Shown here: positions 23,478 to 32,500 of the stretch, one piece after another
How the letters are laid out: each line of letters starts with the position of its first letter
How positions within the stretch are numbered: the stretch's first letter is position 1
Source: a virus
Strand: one strand, 5' to 3'
Length of the DNA: 60,289 nucleotides
Virus record (IMG/VR): IMGVR_UViG_3300045963_000139
Translations under genes and position numbers: made by a program
The notes under the pieces: generated by a model
The model's input: only the letters and a program-made list of their open reading frames with translations
Databases searched by the model: none
What the model was told of the DNA's origin: nothing

Positions 23478-26456
23478 GTGGACACCCTGACATTTCTCCA
23501 GACGATTCTGCCCGAGTCAGGATTCAAATTCGTGGTGCTGTTCAAGACCACGTTTCCTTACCCCATACACCGCAGCTTCCAAGACTTGGAAGATATGGTC
23601 GAGGCTATAGCCAACTACAACCGTGACCCGCAGGTTACTGCTGTGTACCACGCATGTTCCAGCTACAAGCTCCCATACGTCGAAGTGGAAAAGGGCGGCA
23701 GGCTCAAGAAGCAGTACCGCAAACCTAACAACTGGCGCTCGGCCAAGTCCTTCTGGCTTGACCTTGACTGCGGCCAAGAGAAGTTCGATGCGGGACAAGG
23801 CTACCTGACCAAGAAAGACGCTGCCGTGGCAGTGTCCAAGTTCGCCGTGGCTGTGGGCTGGCCTCTACCCATGCTGGTATCGAGCGGCAACGGCTTGCAC
23901 GCTTATTGGCCCCTTGTCAGTGCGGTGAACCACACAAGCTGGACCAAGTGCGCTGAACTGCTCAAGGCTGCTGCCAACCTGTATGGCTTGATCGCGGACC
24001 CCACGCGCACGGCAGACTTTGCATCCATCCTGCGACCGGCCGGTACAAGCAACCGCAAGGACCCATCAAACCCGCTCAAGGTCAAGGTCATCCGCGAGTG
24101 CGCGGCCCAAGACGCCAAGACCCTGTACACGGCCATCAAACTGTACGCAGAGACGCACGATGTGGTGATGCCCAAGGCCTCCACGGACGCGCTCGGCGAC
24201 ATGCCAGATTACCTTAAGGGCGAAGCGGTTTCCACTGATCTAGCTGCGCATGCTCCATACGCGAACGCACCTGTGGATGCTGACATCATGGCGAACAAGT
24301 GCCGCCAAGTCGGTGCGGTGCGTAACACAGCCGGGGACGTACCCTACGATCACTGGCGTTATGTAGTCGGGCTACTGACGTTCTGCGAAGATGGGCGCTC
24401 CAAGGCTCAAGACTGGTCCAGCGAACGCGCCAGCACTGGTCACGACAACACCGACTGGGAAACGCGCTACGACTCATGGGAGGGCGGCCCATCCCTGTGC
24501 ACGTCCATCGCCAAATGCAGCCCCAACGGTTGCGTAGGCTGTGAGTTCAAGGACAAGGTAAACACGCCTCTGGTACTTGGTCGCGTCATTCCCATCACAG
24601 TGGAACAGGAAGTCGAAGTGGCCACGGCCACCGAGGCGGTCGAAGTTGTCACTATACCGGCGTACCCACCGGGCTATCAATGGAACAACGGCCTGCTCTC
24701 GCGCATCCTCCCAGACAAGGACGGCATCAACCAAGTCCACAGCTTCACGCCCCACCAGTTCTACCCCACCATGCGTATTCGCGGCGAAGATGGGGCCTAC
24801 AAAATCGGTCTGCGCATGCACCTGCATAACAACCGAATCCGCGATTTTCAAATGCCTTTCGAGGCCATGGCGTCATCCACTGACATCCTTAAATCTTTGG
24901 CGAAATATGAACTCATGCAAACAAATCACCCCAATGCAGGGACGCACCTTACTGCGTACCTTCGAGACTCACTGGAACAGCTTAAGCGGCGTGTTGAAGA
25001 AACAAATACGCTCACGTCTTTCGGTTGGAAGGACGAGATGCGCGGCTTCCTCATCGGTGACCGCTATTACGCAACTGATGGCTCAGTCAAACGAGTTTTA
25101 CTGGGAGGTTACGCGGCACAAAAGCAAGCTGCTCTTACCGCTCCACAGGGCACCTTGGCTGGATACGCAAAGCCGCTCAATTACGTCTATGCCCGCGATG
25201 GCATGGAAAGCCTACAGTACGCTATTTGCTCGGGCTGGGGCTCAATCCTCAACCCCTTCTGTGAAGAGCTGTACTGCGGGCTCCTGCTGGCAATCACGGG
25301 CGGCGATTCCGGCAAGGGTAAGTCGACGGTCGCTTACGCCTCGGTTTACGCGTTTGGAGACTCCAATGCCATGGCGCTCAAGTCGGATGATGCAGGCACA
25401 CGTAACGCGCTTTGGGCGACGGTGGGTGCTTTCAACAATCTCCCGCTCATATTCGATGAGCTTACGGGAGTTGAGGCTGAATGGTTCTCCAACTTCACGT
25501 ACACCCTTTCGCTCGGCGAAGAGCGCGCACGGCTTCAGTCGACTGGCTCGGGTGTAAAGTTTGCCAACCAATCCACGTGGCGCATGAGTCCCTTCGGCAC
25601 GGCCAACAAGGACTTGCACGGGGTGCTGGCAGCCACACAGGCTAACTCCCAAGCGGAAGCCGTTCGCATGGTCCAGATTCACGTGGACAGCTACCCAATC
25701 CCCAAGCTGGAAGAAACCGAAGTCCAGACAGCGCTGGCCCAGATGAAAGCCAATCGCGGTACAGCAGGCGCGGCGTTAATTCAGTACGCTGTCACACATA
25801 CCGAGCAGATTTTTCAGCGTATTCAGGCCAAGGTATCCGAGTTTGTGAAGCACGTGCCGGGGACCAAGTACCGCTTCTACCGCAGCCATGCCGCATGTAC
25901 GCTGGTCGCCGCCGAGATCGCCTTCGAGCTTGGGTTCTCCGAGTTCAGCGTGGAAAAGCTCAACGAGTTTGCGATCGGCCTTATGCAAAAACTAGCTAAA
26001 GAAATCACAGTTAATAACACAGTGTCATCAGACGACGCGTTCAACCGGCTGGTGGCATCGCTCACTGGCGGCATCGTGGTCACGTCAGAGTACCGGGATT
26101 CGCGCAGCTTGTCTGGGGTGGAGAGCCCACGCAACACCCTCAAGGGACCAATTGTTGGGCGCTACGTGCTTGGTACCAAGCATGAGCCAGCGTTCGCCGG
26201 TCGGCTGTTTCTCTGCCAGAAGGCAATGCGTGAATGGTGCATGAAGAACCGCACGGACTTCCAGAACGTGCTGGACCATCTGAGACAGGCAGGTGCCCTT
26301 ATAACGGAAGACGAGCGGGTTACGTTGACGCGCGGTACGGACCTTCCACGGGTGCAACAACGCTGCGTGGTGATCGATCTGCCACAGCTTGAAGCCCATG
26401 GGCCGGTGCTGGTCGTCGACAACACGGCTTTGCCGGGAGCCCAGACTGGTGTATAG
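23478..26456 (+). CDS. Primase-polymerase (AEP) fused to an SF3-type helicase
   Basis: AEP motifs FWLDLDCG and SSGNGLHAYW. Walker A GGDSGKGKST, Walker B LPLIFDELTG. 992 aa. GTG start behind aaggggg. Confidence 0.85.
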   Translation: MDTLTFLQTILPESGFKFVVLFKTTFPYPIHRSFQDLEDMVEAIANYNRDPQVTAVYHACSSYKLPYVEVEKGGRLKKQYRKPNNWRSAKSFWLDLDCGQEKFDAGQGYLTKKDAAVAVSKFAVAVGWPLPMLVSSGNGLHAYWPLVSAVNHTSWTKCAELLKAAANLYGLIADPTRTADFASILRPAGTSNRKDPSNPLKVKVIRECAAQDAKTLYTAIKLYAETHDVVMPKASTDALGDMPDYLKGEAVSTDLAAHAPYANAPVDADIMANKCRQVGAVRNTAGDVPYDHWRYVVGLLTFCEDGRSKAQDWSSERASTGHDNTDWETRYDSWEGGPSLCTSIAKCSPNGCVGCEFKDKVNTPLVLGRVIPITVEQEVEVATATEAVEVVTIPAYPPGYQWNNGLLSRILPDKDGINQVHSFTPHQFYPTMRIRGEDGAYKIGLRMHLHNNRIRDFQMPFEAMASSTDILKSLAKYELMQTNHPNAGTHLTAYLRDSLEQLKRRVEETNTLTSFGWKDEMRGFLIGDRYYATDGSVKRVLLGGYAAQKQAALTAPQGTLAGYAKPLNYVYARDGMESLQYAICSGWGSILNPFCEELYCGLLLAITGGDSGKGKSTVAYASVYAFGDSNAMALKSDDAGTRNALWATVGAFNNLPLIFDELTGVEAEWFSNFTYTLSLGEERARLQSTGSGVKFANQSTWRMSPFGTANKDLHGVLAATQANSQAEAVRMVQIHVDSYPIPKLEETEVQTALAQMKANRGTAGAALIQYAVTHTEQIFQRIQAKVSEFVKHVPGTKYRFYRSHAACTLVAAEIAFELGFSEFSVEKLNEFAIGLMQKLAKEITVNNTVSSDDAFNRLVASLTGGIVVTSEYRDSRSLSGVESPRNTLKGPIVGRYVLGTKHEPAFAGRLFLCQKAMREWCMKNRTDFQNVLDHLRQAGALITEDERVTLTRGTDLPRVQQRCVVIDLPQLEAHGPVLVVDNTALPGAQTGV

Positions 26457-26505
26457 TGCGCGCTGACAGGTGCCTCCCTCCTGTCTCCTTGAGTGATAGC
26501 GATTC

Positions 26506-26533
26506 GCCCCCGGCTTACCCCGGGGGCTTTTTT
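26506..26533 (+). terminator. Rho-independent terminator at the convergence point of the two arms
   Basis: gcccccgg-(cttacc)-ccgggggc hairpin followed by ttttttc. The T-tract overlaps the stop codon of the leftward giant gene. Confidence 0.8.
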
Positions 26534-29500
26534 CATTTTGGAAGCTGATCGATCGCGCGACCGGTTTGCTTTGGCTGGTACTGCACACCGCCCGGGGTCG
26601 TGAACATCTGACGCTTGAGCTGTTCTATCGGCGTCTTCAGGATGTCGGCCAGAGGGGTCGGCCGGTAGCCGCGCTCGACCATTTCCTTGCGTAGATCGTT
26701 CATCTCCTTGATCGCCGTGGACGTGCCCGCTGAACCGCTGCGCGCGTCGTTGTTGTAGCGCTCCTTCAGAATCTCCAGACGGTTCTTGAAGTCTTCCGTG
26801 GACTTAATCATGGCACCGGTTTCCGACTGCATCATGGCCTTGCTGGATGGCTCGAACCCGAAGGCTTCCAGCAGCGCTTCGCCAGCGTTGATGTCCATCA
26901 GCTTGTCGTTCTTGGTGTTGGTTACACCGCCAAGTGTTGGGGCAAAGCCGCCTTCACGCGCACCCTTCATGATGTTGGCAATACCTTGGGGCATCAACCC
27001 TTCGAGGCCCTTGTAATAGTTGCCCACGAACATGTGGTGCAGCGACTGCGCCGCGCGGCCAACGAGCCCGCCGAACGGGCCTGCGGTAACTTGGCCAATG
27101 GCATCTTGCACGCTCTTGCGATCTGTCGGGTCCACGTCGGTGTAAGGCGCAATACCCAGCATGTCGCCGTAGCCGACCTTCTTGGACAGGTCCACACCCA
27201 GCAGTCCGGGCACGCCGCGAAGCAGCAGTTGCGCAATGTGGCGATCACCAACGGCCTTTTCGATCTTGGTTTCCCAGTCTTGGCCATCCACGCCGGTCAG
27301 CCACTTCTGCAGGGTCTGAGACGCGGCGCTGAACGTACCGAACCCGGGCATTCCCAGCGCGCCGCCCAGCACACCGACGTGGGCCAAGGTGTACACCAAG
27401 TGGCGTACAGCGATCGAGCGCTCGGCCGGGTCAGCGTTCTTCAGGTTGCCCATCATTTTGACCATCTGAGTGAGCTGCACCAACTGGAACTTGCGGAACT
27501 GCAATGCCACCTTGCCAAAGCCGTTGTTGAACACCCGGGGCGCATTGGCGCGGCTGTGGTCACCGTGAGTCTCAGCCACCACGTCACCCGCGTAGTGCAG
27601 AGCGCGCTCAGCATCTCCATGCTTGGCAAACTCCAGCCGGTAAGCGGCTGCAGCGCTGGCCAACCGGTTCAAAGATTCCATCTTCAACGAGGCTTGGGCA
27701 ACGCGATCGGCTGCCGCTTGCGCTGCGCGAGTCGCCATGTTCTTGGGCCGCAGCTCCATGGAGCCGTACTCAGTGTTCATGCCGATGTCCAGACGACCCA
27801 GCTCCAGCAAACGCTGCATGGGTGCCCGCACGTCAGCAGGCATGTCTGACACCTTCAGGGTGTCGAGCAAACCAGTTTTGCCAAGGATGTCACCGATCTC
27901 TTTGTATGCCTTGAAGAACTCACTGGTTGCCTTACCGTACCCATGGTGCGCTTGCAAGTAGGGCAGCGTCATCGTCCACGGCTGCATCAAGTTGCCAATG
28001 AAGTGCGCTGGGCTTGTTGCGATCTGCCAGAGGGCAGTTGCCTTGGTGATCTTGTTGGCCCAAGGGGTTGGCACCGCGTTGACACTACCTTCGTGGCGTA
28101 GCATGAACTCGTCGTATATGTGCAACTTTGTCGTGCGATCTTCACCCTCACCGCTGTCAGCCTGCTTGTAGGCCTTCTTCAACTGGGTAAGCATGGCATC
28201 GTTGTGCGTGATGCCAGCGATAAAGTGCGCGTCACCCTTGGCTTGCTGCTTGAACGAGCCCACCATATCCATGGTGCCGTGAACACCCATGCGGCGCATC
28301 TCGGCTTTGCGGGACGACGACTGACTCAGCGCATCCAACCACATATTGGTCAGCAAGCGGGCCGAGGTTTTGTACTTCATCCGGTCAGCTTCAGCCGGGG
28401 CTTCTTGGCTTAGCTTTTCCAGTTGGTGACGCAGCCGCGACATACCGGCCAGCACACCCTTGCCGCCGTTCAGTTCGGTTTGCCAGTCTTCCTTTGGCTT
28501 GTAGTAGGTGTGGTCCTTCGTGGCGGGAAAGCCCGCATCGCGCATGTTCTGACGCAACGCCTTGGACTCTTGCTCACTCTGGGCTTCCGACACAAGGTAG
28601 TGCTGCGGGTCCGTCACCAGATCGTACAGCGCCTTCTTGTCTTCGCGGGTTGCGCCGTCGCGGCTTGCACGCTCTTCAGCACGCAGGTAAGCGTCCGACT
28701 TGCCCACGACAACCCAGTCACCGTGGCGGCGCGCGGGCACGTAGGGTTTACCCTCGCCAATCTGCATGAGGGTGTTGTACTTCTTCATGAAGCCGTTCTT
28801 CTCGGCCAGAATCTCTTCGCGCTCTGCGCCGGTCGTACCCTTGAGCATGTCGTCGTACAGCTCGGCAGCCTTTTTCTCGATGACGGCTTTCTTCTCTTTG
28901 AGAATTTCATCGCCGTGGGCGAACATGGCCTTGGCCACCGACTGGGCTCGATCGGATAGCTGGTCGAACATCACCTTGGCTTTGCCGGTCGCCTTGGGTC
29001 CGTAGCCCCACTCACCGTTCAGGGTGCTGTGCTGCAGGAACGCGCTCAAACCCGTCTTCTCTTCCTGTGTGAACTTGCGCACCGGCTCGATCGCATTGAA
29101 CGCCATCTTCTGGAAGTGACCGGCCAGCGCATCACGGGCTTCGCGTAGCGTGTCGTAGTGCTCCAGTGCAGTGAGCCCCTTGGCCACGCCTCGCGCCACC
29201 AGATCGCGGGTAAATACCACGTGGTTCAGCGCATCCCCGGCCCAGCGGTTCAGACGGTCGGTGATCGTGCGCGCGGGCTCTTGCAGATGGTCGGGCAGCC
29301 GGGAGATGTTAGCGGCAACGGTTTTGCCAAACTTCACGCCATGCAAGTCTTGCTCGACGTCGCCGCCCGGATGGGATGCAACACGCAGGATGTTCCTGTC
29401 ATTGAAAATGATGGTGTTGTGCGTACGCTCGCGCTTGACTATTTGGTAATCGCTCGGCTTAGCTTGGTTAAGCTCTTCCAAACGCATTCTTGCGTCAGAG

Positions 29501-32500
29501 ACCGAAGCGCTATTGGGGCCGTCAGATGCCTCCAGATGTTTTATGTCTTTGCGCAGCCCGGCCATTGCAATCTTGCGAGCGGGTTCAAACTGGATACCGC
29601 TCATTAGTCGCTGCATGAGAAAATAGTCCGGGCGGTCATTACCCACATAATTCACCGCCGAAATATCCGGCCCACGACTTTGGCTGTCGTAGAACTTGGT
29701 GCCCTTCACGCCCAGCGAGTTCAGATATTCAGCAGCGGCTCGTTTGGCGTGCCCATGGTCAGGGGCGTCGTCAAATATGCCGTCTTCGATAGCGCGAGCC
29801 AGCAGCCCGTCTTTACCAAAGTGCGAGTCTGGGCTACCAACAAAATCGTGGCCAGTGATTTCATCACGGTCAATGTTTGCTTGGTCCAGCATGTCGTCAA
29901 GGTAAGACGTCACTTCCCCGGGTAGCTTCTTGTCCATCTTGTCCAGCAACTCATTCAGCACATTGCGCACGTGCTCATGCTGCTTGGCTACGGGCAAGTC
30001 TGACATCATCATGGCGTTGTCGGGGACCGTGTGGTCTACGCGCATCAAATTGCCAATGCTGCGCTGATTGAAATTCAGCCGTTCAATTTCCCCGGTGTCG
30101 TGGTTCACGACGTCGATGTAATCAACTCCGGCTTCCAGCAGTTTCTTTGCGAGTTTGCCGGGGTTAAAGTCACCCAACTGCGCGTCTTTTGGAATCAACT
30201 CTGAGCGGTTTACGGGGTGCAAGATTTCATCCTTGGGGTACCAGTCGGCGTATTTTTCCAACTGGTCAGTGACGGATTTTTTCCACTTGGCCATCACGTC
30301 GCGCACGTGGTAATCCGAGCCGATGCCTTGGCGCTTTGCTATGTACGCCGCGCCCCAGCCGTAGGCTTGCGCACCCTCGCCGGTACCAACAAACTTACTG
30401 TTGAACTTGCGAAAAGCTGCAGCGGTGCCATGCCAGTTGCCTGCCACTTCCAGCCGCGCTGCGCCGTAGGCCATATTGACCATATCCTCGGCGGTCAACT
30501 TGTTGATGTCCTTGCCCCGCATAACCCGGCGGATGGCATCTTTGAACGCTGCGTAAATCTGGCGAATGAGGCTGGCAAACCGGCCGTCGTACCCTTTAAG
30601 TGCAGTCGGTTCCACACCGCGCTTCAACGCTACTTGTACAAAATACGCTACTGCTTCGTTGGCTTCTTGGTGGGGCTTTGTCCCCGCCATAAACACGTGG
30701 GATAGGGCTTCCCGCGCGATTTCTGACTCTTTGGAGCCATCAGTCCGAGCTGCCCACTCCTTGATAGCTTCATGGATGCGGTCAATCTTCTCTTTGCCCA
30801 GAATGCGGTCCAGCCCCAAGTGAGAGCCTACTTCGTGGAGAAATGCCCCCTTGCCGTCACCCCGAGAAATGCGGTCGGCAATCATAACGACACGGCCATC
30901 TTTGGCCCACCCAAACGGGCTGCCCTTGCTAAACGCGTAGCCAAGGTCTTGCAAATCTGTCAGGTCGGTGGCGGTGTCCACGATCTTGATGTGGCGTGGA
31001 AGTTCCTCAACGTTCATCCATGCGGCTATCTCGTCGTGCAGTTCTTTACCAGACTTGTATGGGTCCGTGACCGCATCGCCTTTGCCGTACGCAACGTCAT
31101 CCGAGTTACCGGCCAACTTATCGTCGCGAACAAGTGCTTCACCGTCGTCAGGCGCATCCAGACCGTCACGCTTGTCGTACAGGGCTTGGCGCTCGGCTTC
31201 CAGCTTGGTAACTTGCTTGGCGTTACCTGCCTCTTCGGCATCGTTGATCTTGTCGTTCAGAGCTTCGATCTGGTCGTCGATTGAAACTTCATCGGCGGCT
31301 TCCTTTTCTTTCTGCTCTTTGTCCGCGTCCTTCTTGACGGACTCATCCAGACGCTTCTTGTACACGCGCTCCAACGCATGTATCTGGTCGGTCAGCTCGT
31401 CGAATAGCTTGGTGTTGCCAGCTTTCTGAGCCTTGTTGCGCTCCATTTCAAGGCGGCTGCCTTCTTTCAGGATTTCCAAATCTGTCGAGTGGATGTCGAT
31501 GCCGCGCGTCTCGGCGCGACCTTGTTTCTTGGCCTTCTCTTCGGCGTCCTTCTTTTCAGCCGCAGCGGCGTCGGCGGCGATCGCCTTGGATTGCTGGCCT
31601 TCCGCTTCGGCTTCAGCTTTGGTCTTGACGCCCATGTTGTCCGCGCCATGCACTTGCATGCCACCACCGGCCATCAGTTCCTGCTTTTCACCAGCCGACA
31701 AGTTGTCATCCATGGCAGACGACACGCCACCGTCTTGGGCGATGGCCGCTTCGGTCTTGCGCTGCACCGCTTTACCTTGGGCAATGTCCAAGGCTTCCTT
31801 CATGGCACGGGCTTCGTCGGGTGTGATCTTGCCATCGTTCATCGCAGCGTCGATGCGTTCGGCCTTGATCTTGTTGATGTACTTCTGCGGCGTGGTGTGG
31901 TGCACACCCTCACGTGTGGCCATAGCTTGCCAGTTTTCACCATTCGCGGCTGCATGCAGGCGTGTACCGGCCAGCTCACCGAGGGCGGCGATGAAGCGCT
32001 CCACAGGTGGAATCTTGGTTGTCTCAGCGGCCGTCTGCTTCGCTTCGGCAGCACGCTGTTCAGGGGTCTTGGCAGCTTCGGCAGCGGCTTCTTCCTCTTG
32101 GCGTTTGCGCGACTTCTTGGCGTCTTCAGCCGTTTCGATGACCGGGGCCGCGTGTTCACCTACCTGCTCGATGGGTACGCCTTGGTTGACCGCAGCCTGC
32201 GCCGGGGCCAGTTCTTCGGCTTTCACTACGCGCTTCGGAGCTTCGCCGGTCTTGGGTAGCTCACCACGTGCGCCCATGGGGAACAGGTGCTTCTGGCCCG
32301 TCTCTTTGCCAAGGTTCGGGCGCATGTTGTCCGTCTGCTCGGGCGCGGCGGGCTCTTCCGGCAGGTGCCACTCAGGATGTGGAACACCGCTTGGGTGTTC
32401 CAAGTGGAAGTCGGGGCGCGGCGCTTCGGGCGGGCGCACGGGTGCCGTGGGTATCGGGGCAACGGCCGGTTTCTGGCCGACCTCGACAGGGGCGAGCTTG